A model generated the notes under the pieces. The model saw only the letters and a program-made list of their open reading frames with translations. It did not search any database and was not told the DNA's origin. Position numbers and translations under genes: made by a program. Below, piece after piece: positions 9,757 through 20,961 of a stretch of 64,000 bases of DNA. Each line of letters starts with the position of its first letter. Positions within the stretch are counted from its first letter, which is position 1. The stretch is taken from positions 1,152,001 through 1,216,000 of the forward strand of contig OY762492.1 of assembly GCA_963665845.2 (NCBI GenBank), written 5' to 3'. Origin of the DNA: Candidatus Poribacteria bacterium (GTDB taxonomy: Bacteria; Poribacteria; WGA-4E; GCA-2687025).

Positions 9757-10831
9757 TTCCTTTCTCTTCCATGCGCGAGCGGGCGCGCTTCGGTGTGGAA
9801 CCTTCGGTGGAGGCGCGCAGCTGTCCGCATGCCGCCTCTATATCTTGTCCCTTGGTTTTGCGGACGGTCGCTCCGATGCCGCCGTCCAGCATAATCCGCT
9901 GGAACTTCAACACGGACGAGGCGCGCGGTCGGACATAGGAACTCCCAGGTATCGGATTGAACGGTATCAGATTCACTTTAGACGGAACATCCCGCAGCAG
10001 ACGGCGCAGACGGTAAGCGTCTTCAGCCGTATCGTTCACATCGCGTATCATCGCATATTCTATCGTCAAACGCCGTTTCGAAGCTTCGATCCATTCCAGG
10101 CACGCCGCCAACACATTTGCAATAGTATAACGTCGATTGGACGGAATCAAATCGTTGCGCGTCTCGTCGGTCGTCGCGTTGAGAGACAGCGCCAGACCCG
10201 TCTTCAACTTCTCGCGCGCAAAACGGCGAATCGCCGGCGCTAAACCGGAGGTCGACACGGTGATCTTGCGCGCTCCAAGCGCAAACCCTTCCGGATGCGA
10301 TAGAACGCGCAGCGCCGTCATCAAATTCTTGTAATTCGCCAGAGGCTCCCCCATGCCCATGAACACCATGTTTGTCAACGAGTCGCGCCCGACGCGGCGG
10401 GACGCCTCCAGCGCCTGACCCAAGATCTCCCCCGCTGTCATATTGCGCCGCAGCCCCAAAAGAGCTGTCGCGCAGAACGAGCATTTTTGACCGCACCCGA
10501 CCTGACTCGAGACGCACAGCGTCAGGCGGGAGCCGTCCGGTATCAGAACCGATTCGACCTGTTCCCCGTCCTGCAGCTCCATGAGGTATTTCGTCGTTCC
10601 GTCGGACGAGACCCGCTCCGCGGCGACCTTCAACGCGGACAGCGAGGCGGACTTCTCCAGCTCCGCCCGCCATGCTTTCGGCAAATTGGTCATTTCGGAA
10701 AAAGCGGCGGCGCCGCGCCGGTAGATCCATTGGTACAGCTGCCGACCGCGGTATGCGGGCTGACCGTTCTCTTCAGCCCATCGCTCCATCTCTTCTATGC
10801 TCATGCCGACCAGGGCGGTTGTGGCGTTCAT
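9737..10831 (-). CDS. rlmN: Dual-specificity RNA methyltransferase RlmN
   Basis: CVSSQVGCGQKCSFC, MGMGEP, NLIPFN and AACGQL motifs. Confidence 0.97.
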   Translation of the reverse strand: MNATTALVGMSIEEMERWAEENGQPAYRGRQLYQWIYRRGAAAFSEMTNLPKAWRAELEKSASLSALKVAAERVSSDGTTKYLMELQDGEQVESVLIPDGSRLTLCVSSQVGCGQKCSFCATALLGLRRNMTAGEILGQALEASRRVGRDSLTNMVFMGMGEPLANYKNLMTALRVLSHPEGFALGARKITVSTSGLAPAIRRFAREKLKTGLALSLNATTDETRNDLIPSNRRYTIANVLAACLEWIEASKRRLTIEYAMIRDVNDTAEDAYRLRRLLRDVPSKVNLIPFNPIPGSSYVRPRASSVLKFQRIMLDGGIGATVRKTKGQDIEAACGQLRASTEGSTPKRARSRMEEKGNASAGR

Positions 10832-10864
10832 GCGGGCGTCGCGTTCTCCTTCGTTTTTCCGCTG

Positions 10865-12028
10865 TTAATATGATAGCGCCGATTCGGGCAGCAGTCGCAA
10901 AAACGCTTCATTTGCGAGCAGAACGCCGCGCCGCGTCAAGCGCAAGGCTCCGTCCGCCAGCTTCGTCAAGCCGAGGCGCGTTGTTTGCGCGATCTCCGTT
11001 TGGAAATCGTCCAGCAGATTCATTCCGTATCGGCGGGCGTATTCGGTTAGGGGAACTCCGCCGCGCATTCGCAGCCCCTGCCGGACCGTTTCCGCGCGCG
11101 CCGCCTTCCCGTCAAGCCGCTCCCGTTCAACGATCGGGTCGCGCCCCTCCTCCATCCGCTTGATGTACGACTTTGTCCCGCGCGTGTTGGCTGTCCGCTC
11201 GCCATTCAAATAACTGCATGCCCCCGGACCGATTCCCGCATGCGGTTTGTTGCGCCAGTAACGCAGATTATGCTCGCATTCGCTGCCGAGCCTGGCAAAA
11301 TTGGACAGCTCGTAATACGGATACCCCGCCCGCTCCATCGCATCCAGCGTCCACTCATACATGTCGGCTTGAAGATCCTCGTCGGGAAGGGAGAGGCGGC
11401 CTTGGCGGTTCCAGTAATGAAAGACGGTTTTTGGCTCAATCGTCAGGTTGTAAATGGACAGATGTTCTGGGTCAAGAGAGAGGGCGCGGCGCGCGTCCTC
11501 CCGCCATTTACGCATCGTCTGACCAGGGAGGGCGAACATCATGTCGAGGTTGATGTTTTCAAAGCCGGCGTTTCGCGCGTTCCGGTAAGCCATCTCGATC
11601 TGCTCCGAAGAATGCGTCCTGTCCAGCAGTTTCAGCGCCGCGTCATCGAAGGTTTGCGCTCCGATGGAGAGGCGGTTGACGCCCGCGTTTCGATAGGCGC
11701 GCAGGCGCGGTTCATTGGACGTCTCTGGGTTCGCTTCAAGGCTGATCTCCGCCTGCGGTTGAATGTTAAAAGAGCGGCGCAGCGCCTCCATGAGCCTGCC
11801 CATCTGCCCGCCGTTCAACAGCGAGGGGGTTCCTCCTCCAAAGAAAACGGTCTTTACGGCACCTTGAACCGCCGACCCGACCCTCTCCGCTTCCGTCTCC
11901 AGCGCCGACAGAAACGGCTCGATTAGATCGGGGCGCATCGGGTAGGTGGCAAAGTCGCAGTAGCGGCATTTGCGCAAACAGAACGGGATATGGACATAGA
12001 GGCTGATGTCAGGGTTCAAGGGTTCCAT
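10865..12028 (-). CDS. hemW: Radical SAM heme chaperone HemW
   Basis: YVHIPFCLRKCRYCDF, GGGTPS and the HNxxYW motif; lepA-lepB-hemW context. Confidence 0.93.
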   Translation of the reverse strand: MEPLNPDISLYVHIPFCLRKCRYCDFATYPMRPDLIEPFLSALETEAERVGSAVQGAVKTVFFGGGTPSLLNGGQMGRLMEALRRSFNIQPQAEISLEANPETSNEPRLRAYRNAGVNRLSIGAQTFDDAALKLLDRTHSSEQIEMAYRNARNAGFENINLDMMFALPGQTMRKWREDARRALSLDPEHLSIYNLTIEPKTVFHYWNRQGRLSLPDEDLQADMYEWTLDAMERAGYPYYELSNFARLGSECEHNLRYWRNKPHAGIGPGACSYLNGERTANTRGTKSYIKRMEEGRDPIVERERLDGKAARAETVRQGLRMRGGVPLTEYARRYGMNLLDDFQTEIAQTTRLGLTKLADGALRLTRRGVLLANEAFLRLLPESALSY

Positions 12029-13055
12029 ACCTGTTCATGATCGGTTTGATATGGTCGAAGCGTATCCAGCGCCGAAGCGTGTTGCGGGGGGCGTCCGGAT
12101 CGTTTGACCAGTAGATCCAGACCGCCTTGCCCTTGACAACATCGTACGGAACCGGACCCCAAGCGCGGCTGTCCTGCGAGTTGAGCCGATTGTCGCCGAC
12201 CGCAAAGTAATGGCGGTCAGGGACCTTGAAAACGGCGTCTTCCCGTATGCTGCGGTAGGAACGGCTGCGCGTAAATGTCCACTGCAGCGTCTCCGTGTTT
12301 TGGTACAGGACGCCGCGCATGATTCTCCCCTCCCGGTTGTCCGCCTCGACAATATAGTACTCTTTGACAGGGAGTCGGCGGTCGTACTCCCTGCCCTTCC
12401 CTGCGATGCGCAGCCGATAATGGGTTCCGTCCTCCGTTGCCATGGCGATCGGCTCTTCGTCGAACAGCTCCGTTTCAACCTGTTCCCGTTCGATGAACTC
12501 TTGAACCGATTCCCAGGCGCCGGGATGCTCCAAATAGTACGGCGCAAGCGACCAATGGGATCTAAACGGCGGAAAATGGGAGGCTGCATTTTTATGTTGA
12601 AACGGCTCATCGTTCGCATACGGAAGCGGCTTGGCGTATTCTTCGTTCAAAAGCCGCTTGCTGTTGATGAGCAGCGAGTTGCCGCCGACGGCGATCGTAT
12701 CGCCCGGCTCCGCGGCGACGCGCTTGATAAAATGCTCTAACGGGCTGTGTTTAGGGCTAAAGACAAACACATCGCCCGCCTGCGGTCCGCGGAAGTCGAA
12801 CAGGCGTGTGGAGGTTGCCGGCAATTTGGCGCCGTAGCTGAATTTCAGCACCAACACCCGGTCGCCGGCGAACAACGTATTTTCCATAGACCCTGAGGGT
12901 ATCTTATACGGCTCGGCGATAAACGGGCGAATGAACCCAAAGACGACGATAAACGCCATCATGAGTATCTGCGCCCAGTCCATGATGACCGAATTGCGCA
13001 CATCTATCTTTTTTTCGGCGGGCGTTTCATTGTCCGAACGGTTTATTTGCGGCAT
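12009..13055 (-). CDS. lepB: Signal peptidase I (with an internal insertion)
   Basis: IPSGSMENTL, FIKR and GDNRLNSQDSR motifs. Confidence 0.93.
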   Translation of the reverse strand: MPQINRSDNETPAEKKIDVRNSVIMDWAQILMMAFIVVFGFIRPFIAEPYKIPSGSMENTLFAGDRVLVLKFSYGAKLPATSTRLFDFRGPQAGDVFVFSPKHSPLEHFIKRVAAEPGDTIAVGGNSLLINSKRLLNEEYAKPLPYANDEPFQHKNAASHFPPFRSHWSLAPYYLEHPGAWESVQEFIEREQVETELFDEEPIAMATEDGTHYRLRIAGKGREYDRRLPVKEYYIVEADNREGRIMRGVLYQNTETLQWTFTRSRSYRSIREDAVFKVPDRHYFAVGDNRLNSQDSRAWGPVPYDVVKGKAVWIYWSNDPDAPRNTLRRWIRFDHIKPIMNRYGTLEP

Positions 13056-13098
13056 CTCTCTCCACCGGCTTATGATCAGTTGACGCGGCTTGCGGTTT

Positions 13099-14892
13099 TC
13101 ATTCGTCCATCGAGAGCGCCGCCGTGAACGCCTCCTGCGGCACTTCGACGCTGCCGACCGCTTTCATGCGTTTGCGCCCCTCTTTCTGCCGTTCCAGCAG
13201 CTTTCGTTTACGGGTGATGTCCCCGCCGTAACATTTCGCGGTGACATTCTTGCGAATCGCTTTGACCGTCTTGCGCGCGACGACCCGCCGTCCGATGGCG
13301 GCTTGTATCGCCACATCGAAGAACTGGCGCGGGATGACCGCCTGCAGCTTTTCAGCCAAAGCGCGTCCCCGTTCGCCCGCGTTCTCCCTGTGAATGATGA
13401 GCGACAGCGCATCGAGAGGCTTTCCGTTTAGGAGAATGTCCAGCTTCACCAGATCCGACTCGCGGTAACCAATCAGCTCGTAGCTCATGGAGCCGTAGCC
13501 GCGCGTGGACGATTTTAACTTGTCAAAAAAGTTGACGACCATCTCGCTCAACGGCAGCTCGTAATGGATCGCGGCGCGCGTCGGCGTGAGATACTCCAGC
13601 GATTGGTAGGTCCCGCGGCGGCTCTCGCACAGCTCCATTGCCGCGCCGATATATTCGGCGGGGACGCTCAACTGAACCGACGCGCACGGCTCTTCGATGG
13701 ACGCCAATTCGCCCAACCCCGGCATATCGGACGGATTCTCGATCTCCAGCACATCGCCGCCGTTCGTCAACACCTGATACCGGACATTCGGAGCCGTTCT
13801 GATGAGCGTCAGGTTATACTCCCGTTCCAGCCGCTCCCGCACAATGTCCATATGTAACGGACCGAGAAAACCGCACCGAAAACCGAAGCCGAGAGCGTCC
13901 GAGGTTTCCGCCTCATAGGTGAAGGAGCTTTCGTTCAGGCGCAGCTTGTCCAGCGCCTCCCGCAGCGCCGAAAAGTCGGAGCTGTCCGCCGGGTAGAGAC
14001 CGCAGAAAACGAACGGCTGCATGTCGCGGTAGCCTGGGCATGGCTGCGCCGTCGGGTTTGCCCCGTCGGTAATCGTGTCGCCGATGCGCGTTTGGCGGAT
14101 GTCCTTGATGTTCGCGGTGATATACCCGACCGAGCCTGCTTTCAGCTCCTCGACCGGCGTCATGCGCGGCGCGAAGACGCCCACCTCCGCCGATTCGCGT
14201 TCGTCGCCCGCCGCCATCAAACGTATCGGCATCTTGCTGCGCAGCGACCCGTCCATCACGCGGACGCACATGACGACGCCGCGGTAGGTGTCGTAATGCG
14301 AGTCGATGACGAGCGCTTTCAAGGGGGCGTTCAGGTTGCCTGACGGGGGCGGAATTCGCTGAACGACCGCCTCCAGCGCGTCTTCCACCCCGACGCCGTT
14401 TTTGGCGCTGATTTGCAGTATCTCTTCCGCGGGCGTTCCCAACAGGTCTTCAATCTCTTCAGAAACGAGATCGATTTGGGCGGAAGGGAGGTCGATCTTA
14501 TTCAGCACAGGGACAATCTCCAGCCCCTGCTCCAGCGCCAAGGTGGCGTTGGAGACGGTCTGCGCCTGTATTCCCTGCGCGGCGTCCACCAGCAGCAAGG
14601 CGCCTTCGCAGGCGGCGAGGCTCCTTGAAACCTCATAGGTGAAGTCCACATGCCCCGGCGTGTCGATCAGGTTCAGCTCATATTCGCTGCCGTCTTTTGC
14701 GGCGTAGGACAAGCGGGCGACCGCCGCCTTGATCGTGATTCCGCGTTCCCGTTCAAGGTCCATCGTATCGAGAGCCTGATCGCGCATCTCCCGTTCGTCC
14801 AGAGCGCCGGTCGTTTCAAGCAGGCGGTCGGCGAGCGTGGACTTGCCATGATCAATATGGGCGATGATGCAAAAATTGCGCGTTCGTTTCAT
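13099..14892 (-). CDS. lepA: Elongation factor 4
   Basis: [18 protein letters not shown] and [14 protein letters not shown] motifs. Confidence 0.98.
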   Translation of the reverse strand: MKRTRNFCIIAHIDHGKSTLADRLLETTGALDEREMRDQALDTMDLERERGITIKAAVARLSYAAKDGSEYELNLIDTPGHVDFTYEVSRSLAACEGALLLVDAAQGIQAQTVSNATLALEQGLEIVPVLNKIDLPSAQIDLVSEEIEDLLGTPAEEILQISAKNGVGVEDALEAVVQRIPPPSGNLNAPLKALVIDSHYDTYRGVVMCVRVMDGSLRSKMPIRLMAAGDERESAEVGVFAPRMTPVEELKAGSVGYITANIKDIRQTRIGDTITDGANPTAQPCPGYRDMQPFVFCGLYPADSSDFSALREALDKLRLNESSFTYEAETSDALGFGFRCGFLGPLHMDIVRERLEREYNLTLIRTAPNVRYQVLTNGGDVLEIENPSDMPGLGELASIEEPCASVQLSVPAEYIGAAMELCESRRGTYQSLEYLTPTRAAIHYELPLSEMVVNFFDKLKSSTRGYGSMSYELIGYRESDLVKLDILLNGKPLDALSLIIHRENAGERGRALAEKLQAVIPRQFFDVAIQAAIGRRVVARKTVKAIRKNVTAKCYGGDITRKRKLLERQKEGRKRMKAVGSVEVPQEAFTAALSMDE

Positions 14893-14895
14893 TTT

Positions 14896-16080
14896 TTAAA
14901 GTATCTCATCGTATAGTCGGCAAAGCTTTTCGGTGATGACGCCCCATCCATGTTCCCGCTCCACATATCGGCGCCCGGCGTCGGCTAAGGCGCGCTGCCG
15001 ATCCCTGTCCTTTAATAACGATATAACCTCTTGGGCGAATTTGTCTTGATCATTTGCTTCCAGCAGCTCATGTCCGTTTCGGGCGCCGCAGCCCTGCCTT
15101 CCGAGCGGCGTGGTGACAACGGGCAGTTTCATCGCCATCGCTTCCAGATTTTTCGTTTGAACGCCGGAGCCGCAGAACATCGGCGCGGCGAAGATGTCCG
15201 CCTCTTCAAAATAAGGGCGCAGATCGGGCGCCGCGCCTGTAACAACAACGCCGCTCCGCCCGTTCAATCGGCGCAGCGGCCGCGGGGGACTAGTACCCGC
15301 CAGGATGAGCCGCGCGTCCGGAAACGCTTCGCGCACCTTCGGCAGCGTGTCATGAACAAGAAACATCGCCGCGTCGGTGTTCGGGAAATAGTTCATCGTC
15401 CCGGTGAAAAGAATCGTCGGCGGACCGTTTCGCTCTGGACGGGAGGGGGAGAAGTAGTCTAAGTCGACTCCCTGCGAGACGATGTCAAGCCGCGCGTCCG
15501 GCGCCGTCTCATGGATCGCGTCTCGGTCGTCCGCGGCGATGACGACGGTACGGTCGAACGCCTGGATGATCTCCGCTTCATACCGCCGCGCCCGTTTCTC
15601 TTCAATCTTCAAAAGGGGTCGGTTGAGCGGGTTGCGTTCGCGCTCCATTCGCCGGCGCAGGTTCATCGCCATTGAGTCGCACAGGTCCAGCAGCTTCGGC
15701 AGCGGCTCCTCCGCCACATACCGCCCCATCCGAAACAGCGAGGCATGGACGGCGTCCGGCGCGCTTTCGTCGATGGCTTTACGCACCGCGTCCGCCATGC
15801 GCGTCGATCTCCACATGGCGTTTTGAAGCGGCTCGTTTCCGAACAGGCTCGCGGCGGCGCGCGCCCGCCCTTTCCATGCGGAATGCGGCGCGGGGTAGAT
15901 CTCGGCGCACATCTCGCGCAGCGGTCCAAGATTGTCCAGCTCGCTTCGCTTTTCAAAAAACGCCGCCAGCGCGATTCGATACTTTTCCTGCAGTCCGCGT
16001 ATGAAATGGAACGCGCGGATTCGGTCGCCCCGATGAGGCGGATACGGCAATCGCAAACTGAGGAACAGAAGATTTTTCAA
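14896..16080 (-). CDS. Glycosyltransferase family 4 (GT-B)
   Basis: PYPPHRGDRIR, FTGTMNYFPN and KNLEAMAM motifs; TTG start chosen right after the secA stop. Confidence 0.85.
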   Translation of the reverse strand: MKNLLFLSLRLPYPPHRGDRIRAFHFIRGLQEKYRIALAAFFEKRSELDNLGPLREMCAEIYPAPHSAWKGRARAAASLFGNEPLQNAMWRSTRMADAVRKAIDESAPDAVHASLFRMGRYVAEEPLPKLLDLCDSMAMNLRRRMERERNPLNRPLLKIEEKRARRYEAEIIQAFDRTVVIAADDRDAIHETAPDARLDIVSQGVDLDYFSPSRPERNGPPTILFTGTMNYFPNTDAAMFLVHDTLPKVREAFPDARLILAGTSPPRPLRRLNGRSGVVVTGAAPDLRPYFEEADIFAAPMFCGSGVQTKNLEAMAMKLPVVTTPLGRQGCGARNGHELLEANDQDKFAQEVISLLKDRDRQRALADAGRRYVEREHGWGVITEKLCRLYDEIL

Positions 16081-16081
16081 G

Positions 16082-18604
16082 CTAAGCGTTCCGCCCGCAG
16101 CACAGTTTGAATTTTTTGCCGCTGCCGCATGGACAGGGCGCGTTCCGCCCCACTTTTTTGCCGGTGGAGCTGCGGGGGGCGCGTCTCTGCGGCGGCGCCG
16201 CTCCGTTGCTCTTCCCGCCGGCTGTTGGCGCGGGCTGCTGCGGCGCCGTCTGAAGCTGAACGCGGTACACATACTGCGCGGCGTCCTCATAAATGCGCGT
16301 CAACATGTTTTGAAAAAGCGCAAAGCCCTCGTTCTGAAACTCAATGAGCGGATCGCGTCCGGCGTATCCTCTAAACCCGATCCCCTCCTGAATGTAATCG
16401 ATGTTGTGAAGATGCGACATCCAGTGGTAATCGATCCGATCCAGCAGGATGAGACGCTCGATCTCGCGCATGACCTCCTCGCCCAGCTCCCGCTCCCGCT
16501 CCTCATACCGCTTCTGGAAAATCTGAAGCAGCGTCTCTTGAATCTCATCGCGCGGCGTCTCTCGGTTGATGAGATGCGCCGGCGGAGGCTCCACGCCGCA
16601 CTGCCGCTCCATCCATGTCCGCAGCGCCTCGGCGTCCCACTCCAGCTGGTCGTCTTCGGGCAGCGTCTCGTCCATCTTGGCGGTGAGCGCATCCTCCACC
16701 ATCTGGAGCATGTCTTCGCGCAGGCTTTCCTGTTCGATGGCGCGGTCGCGCAGGTCGTACACCATATCGCGCTGCTGGCTCAAAACATTGTCGTATTTGA
16801 GGATCTGTTTGCGCGCCTCAAAATGGTTCTGTTCAACCCGCTCCTGCGCCTTCTGTATCGACTTGGAGAACCACTTATGCTCCATCGGGACATCCTCTTC
16901 GATGCGGAACTTGTCCATCATCCCCGCCATGCGGTCGGAGCCGAACTTGCGCATCAGGTCGTCTTCAAGCGACAGGTAGAAACGGGAGGCGCCGGGGTCG
17001 CCTTGACGCCCAGAACGCCCGCGCAGCTGGTTGTCGATGCGCCGCGAGTCATGCCGTTCGGTTCCGATCACATACAGCCCGCCCAGTTCGAGGACGCCGT
17101 CCGCCAGTTTGATGTCCACCCCGCGGCCCGCCATATTCGTTGCGATGGTGACCGCATGTTTTTGTCCGGCATGGGCGATGATTTCGCCCTCCTTCGTATG
17201 CTCCTTCGCGTTCAGGACGCGGTGGGCGATGCCGCGCTTTGTCAGCTCGCGGCTGAATTCAACCGACGCTTCAATGGAGATGGTGCCGACCAGAACAGGG
17301 CGGCCCGCGTTGAAATTCTCCGCTATGTCGTTGATGACCGCTTGTACCTTGCCTCGATGGTTGCGGAAGACCAGGTCGTCGCGGTCGTCCCGGATCATCG
17401 GCATGTTGGTCGGCACGACGACCACATCCAGCCCGTAGATTTGGTGAAACTCGCTCGCTTCGGTCGCCGCGGTACCTGTCATCCCAGACAGCTTTTCGTA
17501 CATGCGGAAATAGTTTTGAAAGGTGATGCGCGCCACCGTCTGGCTCTCTTCGACGATGCGCACCTTTTCTTTCGCCTCAATCGCTTGATGCAGCCCGTCG
17601 CTGAACCGGCGCTCCGGCTGCATGCGCCCCGTGAACTCGTCCACGATGACGACCCGCCCGTCTGTCACCACATAATCCACATCGTTTTGGTACAGATAAT
17701 GCGCGTTCACTGACTGCATGATGTGATGCAGCAGGTCGATATTTTCAGGGTCGTACAGGTTTTTTAAAGAGAAAGCGTTTTCAAGCAGGTCGATGCCGTC
17801 GTCGGTCAAGGAGGCGGAGCCGCGCTTGGAGCGTTTTTCATCGATCTCAAAATGCTTCTCTTTTTTCAAACGGGAGACGACGCGCGCGATGCGCGGATAT
17901 TCCGCTTTCTCCTTCCGCCGCTCCGAGATGATATGCGGCGTCCGCGCCTCGTCAATCAGGATGGAGTCCACCTCATCCACGATGGAGTAATGCAGTTCCC
18001 GCTGCGTCTTCTCTTCGATGGAGCGGGCGCTGCTGTGGTCGCGCAGATAATCGAACCCGAACTCGGAATTGGTGCCGTAGGTGATGTCGCATTCGTACGC
18101 CGCTTTTTTGACGCTTCGGGGGCGCCCCTCTAGGGTGATTCCGACCGTCATGCCGAGCGCCTTGTAGATCTGCCCCATCCAGTCGGCGTCTCTCTGCGCC
18201 AGAAACTCGTTCACCGTCACGACATGGACGCCGCGCCCGGTCAGCGCGTTCAGATAAACAGGCATCGTGGAGGTGAGCGTCTTGCCCTCCCCCGTCCGCA
18301 TTTCGGCGATGCGCCCTTGATGAAGAACAACTGCGCCGAGAATCTGAACGTCATACGGACGCTCGCCAATCTGCCGCCATGCCGTTTCGCGCACCACAGC
18401 GAACGCCTCCGGCAACAGATCGTCGGTCGTTTCGCCGTTGGAGAGCCGTTCCCGAAATTCTGCCGTCTTTCCCGACAGCTGTTCGTCTGTCAGGTTTTTC
18501 ACTGACGGCTCCAGCGCGTTCACCCGCTCCACAACATGGCGCAGTTTTTTCAGGTCGCGGTCGTTTTTCGATCCGACAATTTTTTCCAATACGTAGCCTA
18601 ACAT
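16082..18604 (-). CDS. secA: Preprotein translocase ATPase SecA
   Basis: MRTGEGKT, DEVDSILIDEARTP, TNMAGRG and C-terminal CPCGSGKKFKLCC. Confidence 0.98.
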   Translation of the reverse strand: MLGYVLEKIVGSKNDRDLKKLRHVVERVNALEPSVKNLTDEQLSGKTAEFRERLSNGETTDDLLPEAFAVVRETAWRQIGERPYDVQILGAVVLHQGRIAEMRTGEGKTLTSTMPVYLNALTGRGVHVVTVNEFLAQRDADWMGQIYKALGMTVGITLEGRPRSVKKAAYECDITYGTNSEFGFDYLRDHSSARSIEEKTQRELHYSIVDEVDSILIDEARTPHIISERRKEKAEYPRIARVVSRLKKEKHFEIDEKRSKRGSASLTDDGIDLLENAFSLKNLYDPENIDLLHHIMQSVNAHYLYQNDVDYVVTDGRVVIVDEFTGRMQPERRFSDGLHQAIEAKEKVRIVEESQTVARITFQNYFRMYEKLSGMTGTAATEASEFHQIYGLDVVVVPTNMPMIRDDRDDLVFRNHRGKVQAVINDIAENFNAGRPVLVGTISIEASVEFSRELTKRGIAHRVLNAKEHTKEGEIIAHAGQKHAVTIATNMAGRGVDIKLADGVLELGGLYVIGTERHDSRRIDNQLRGRSGRQGDPGASRFYLSLEDDLMRKFGSDRMAGMMDKFRIEEDVPMEHKWFSKSIQKAQERVEQNHFEARKQILKYDNVLSQQRDMVYDLRDRAIEQESLREDMLQMVEDALTAKMDETLPEDDQLEWDAEALRTWMERQCGVEPPPAHLINRETPRDEIQETLLQIFQKRYEERERELGEEVMREIERLILLDRIDYHWMSHLHNIDYIQEGIGFRGYAGRDPLIEFQNEGFALFQNMLTRIYEDAAQYVYRVQLQTAPQQPAPTAGGKSNGAAPPQRRAPRSSTGKKVGRNAPCPCGSGKKFKLCCGRNA

Positions 18605-19551
18605 GGCTCTACCTCGCCTTTCGCCTCCCCGTTCCTGCCGCTCTTCATTAAAACGTTGTCTCCCCAAATTCGTTGCCTTAAATCGATATAGATGATCGCG
18701 TTGCCGACCGAGACGCCGCTAAAGAGATACGCAGCGGACGCCCATAAGGTCAAGATCAACACGGACGCGCCGATCCAAACCCCAATCTGAAGCGGCAATT
18801 CATCAAGCGGCGCCGGCGGAGCCGACAACGAGAAAAAGCTGCCGAACAACGCAACAGACGCCTCCGCTATCCCGCCCAGCGCTGCAGCCTGCGTCAACAA
18901 AAACAGCCCCGCCAACGACGCCCCCGCAAAGAGAGACGCCGACAGCGCCGACATGAGCAGCGCGGCAACCTCATAAAAAAGAACGCGCCATCCCTGCGAC
19001 CAGCACATGACAACCAGCTGGTAGGAGGTTTCCATGCCGCTCTCTCCGCTGACGCCTGCGATAGACGGCAGCAACAGCAGACCGAACATCCATACAAACA
19101 GCGAGAACATCAGCAGCAAACCGACCAACAGCCCCGGTATGAGCGTCAGCATTCCCAGCCCCGTCCACCAGTTGCCGAGAAGTTTGCCGAGCGCCCCGCC
19201 GAGATACGCCAGTCCAAGAAGCGCCGCCGGTAGGAGCGTCAAGACGGCGAGCGGCGCCAGTACCGCTTTGAGCGTCCGCCAGGACGCCCGTTTTGCCTCC
19301 GCAAAAAAATCGCCCTCCAGCTGAAGGATCGTCAAGCGCGCCGAGGCGGCAGAGCCAGGGATCGCCGCCAGAGCCGCCGCGGCGCACACCAGCGCCGTCT
19401 TCATCGGCGTGAACGGACCCCAGAACCGCGCAACCGCCCATATGACCGCCAACGCCGCCAACGCCCCCGGCGCATGCAGCGCCATCTTCCGATCCGAGAA
19501 CGCCCATCTAGGGATATTGAGCAGGTCAAGCGCGCCGCCTCGCAGGCTCAT
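18598..19551 (-). CDS. Multi-pass membrane protein of unknown function
   Basis: Several hydrophobic segments; in an operon-like run between dapA and secA. Confidence 0.7.
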   Translation of the reverse strand: MSLRGGALDLLNIPRWAFSDRKMALHAPGALAALAVIWAVARFWGPFTPMKTALVCAAAALAAIPGSAASARLTILQLEGDFFAEAKRASWRTLKAVLAPLAVLTLLPAALLGLAYLGGALGKLLGNWWTGLGMLTLIPGLLVGLLLMFSLFVWMFGLLLLPSIAGVSGESGMETSYQLVVMCWSQGWRVLFYEVAALLMSALSASLFAGASLAGLFLLTQAAALGGIAEASVALFGSFFSLSAPPAPLDELPLQIGVWIGASVLILTLWASAAYLFSGVSVGNAIIYIDLRQRIWGDNVLMKSGRNGEAKGEVEPC

Positions 19552-19564
19552 GCGTCCACCTTAT

Positions 19565-20443
19565 TTAAAGCAGCCCCGCCGACGCGAGCGTCTCCCGCAG
19601 GACCGCTTCGTTGGCAGGCGACATTTCGCAAAGCGGCAGCCGCAAGACTCCGTTGAGCATACCCATCATTTTGAGCGCCGTTTTCGCAGGGATCGGATTC
19701 GTTTCGATGAACAGGTCTCTCGCCAGCGGGTACAGCGCATGATGCAGTTTTTGCGCTTCGCCGAGGGCGCCTTCCAACGCGGCGGCGCACATGCGCGCCG
19801 TCTCCGCCGGCGCGACATTGGCGACGACCGAAATGACGCCGCTCGCGCCGACGCAGATCATCGGAAAGGTGACGCTGTCCTCGCCGCTCAAGACGACAAA
19901 CGCTTCGTTTTTCGCCGCCAAGACGACATCGCTTGTCCGCGCCAAATTGCCGGTCGCTTCCTTGACGCCGACAATGTTTTCATGCTCCGCCAGGCGCGCG
20001 ATGGTTTCCGGCAGCAGGTCGGCGCCGGTGCGCCCTGGGACATTGTACATGACGATCGGAATGTCGGCGGAGTCGGCGACAGCGAGAAAGTGCCGCCGCA
20101 TGCCTTCCTGCGTCGGTTTATTGTAGTAGGGCGTGATGACGAGCGCGCCGTCCGCGCCGGCTGACTCCGCATGCCGCGTGAGCCGAATCGCTTCCTCGGT
20201 CGAGTTGGAGCCTGAACCGGCGATGACCTGTATTCTGCCGTCCGCCGCTTCAATCGTCTCGGCGACGACCCTGTCATGCTCATCGTGCGACAATGTCGGC
20301 GATTCGCCTGTCGTGCCGCATGGGACGATCCCGTCTGTTCCATGTTCGATATGGAATTCAATCAGTTCGCGCAATTTCGGCAGGTCTAAAGCGCCGTCGT
20401 CAGTGAACGGCGTGACCAAGGCGACGAACGATCCGCGAAACAT
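19565..20443 (-). CDS. dapA: 4-hydroxy-tetrahydrodipicolinate synthase
   Basis: GTTGESPTL, PYYNKP, YNVPGRT, KEA and ETNPIP motifs. Confidence 0.97.
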   Translation of the reverse strand: MFRGSFVALVTPFTDDGALDLPKLRELIEFHIEHGTDGIVPCGTTGESPTLSHDEHDRVVAETIEAADGRIQVIAGSGSNSTEEAIRLTRHAESAGADGALVITPYYNKPTQEGMRRHFLAVADSADIPIVMYNVPGRTGADLLPETIARLAEHENIVGVKEATGNLARTSDVVLAAKNEAFVVLSGEDSVTFPMICVGASGVISVVANVAPAETARMCAAALEGALGEAQKLHHALYPLARDLFIETNPIPAKTALKMMGMLNGVLRLPLCEMSPANEAVLRETLASAGLL

Positions 20444-20519
20444 CTTTATCCCTCCGTTTATTCGGCAACGCTATAAGAATAGCAAAGATATGCCGGAAAC
20501 GCAAGCGCAGTCGCCGCGC

Positions 20520-20880
20520 CCGCCCTTTAAACCCCCCTAACCCCCCTTTTCAAGGGGGGAATCGGAGGCGGGGGCGCTTTTCAAGGGGGAATCGGAGGCG
20601 GGGGCTGCAATGCCTTAAGATTCCCGCCCGTGCGGTGAAACGCGCGGGAATCTTAACCGCTGTTGTCTGAACTAGGATTGCCAAGATTGAAAAGATTGCC
20701 AAGAAAATTCCCGCGCCCCGCTCATCTTGGCAATCTTAATCATCCTTCAATCCTAGTTCAAAACAGACTTCGACCAGCGCTGAAAACCCCCCAGCCCCCC
20801 TTTTCAAGGGGGGAATCCAGAAACCCCGCGCCCTACCCGCCGTCATTGCGCTGCTCACCATTGCCGCCCTTAAGGATAAG
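20520..20880. repeat. Cluster of palindromic repeats (CCCCTTTTCAAGGGGG units, an ATTCCC..GGGAAT variant and a ~100-bp hairpin at 20665-20765)
   Basis: Direct inspection; the same CCCCTTTTCAAGGGGG unit occurs at ~4722 and ~43179. Confidence 0.75.
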
Positions 20881-20961
20881 CTCGAAACATCCCGCTTTAC
20901 ATTCGCCCCGACTTATGCCACAATGCATGCGGTTATGAAGCGATCCGAAGGAGGAATCGTA

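Noticed and set aside
16310-17713. Long antisense ORFs (also 27468-28838, 30096-31259, 54247-55488, 55760-56737, 61108-62220)
   Set aside because: These are shadow ORFs opposite well-supported genes, as expected in high-GC DNA.
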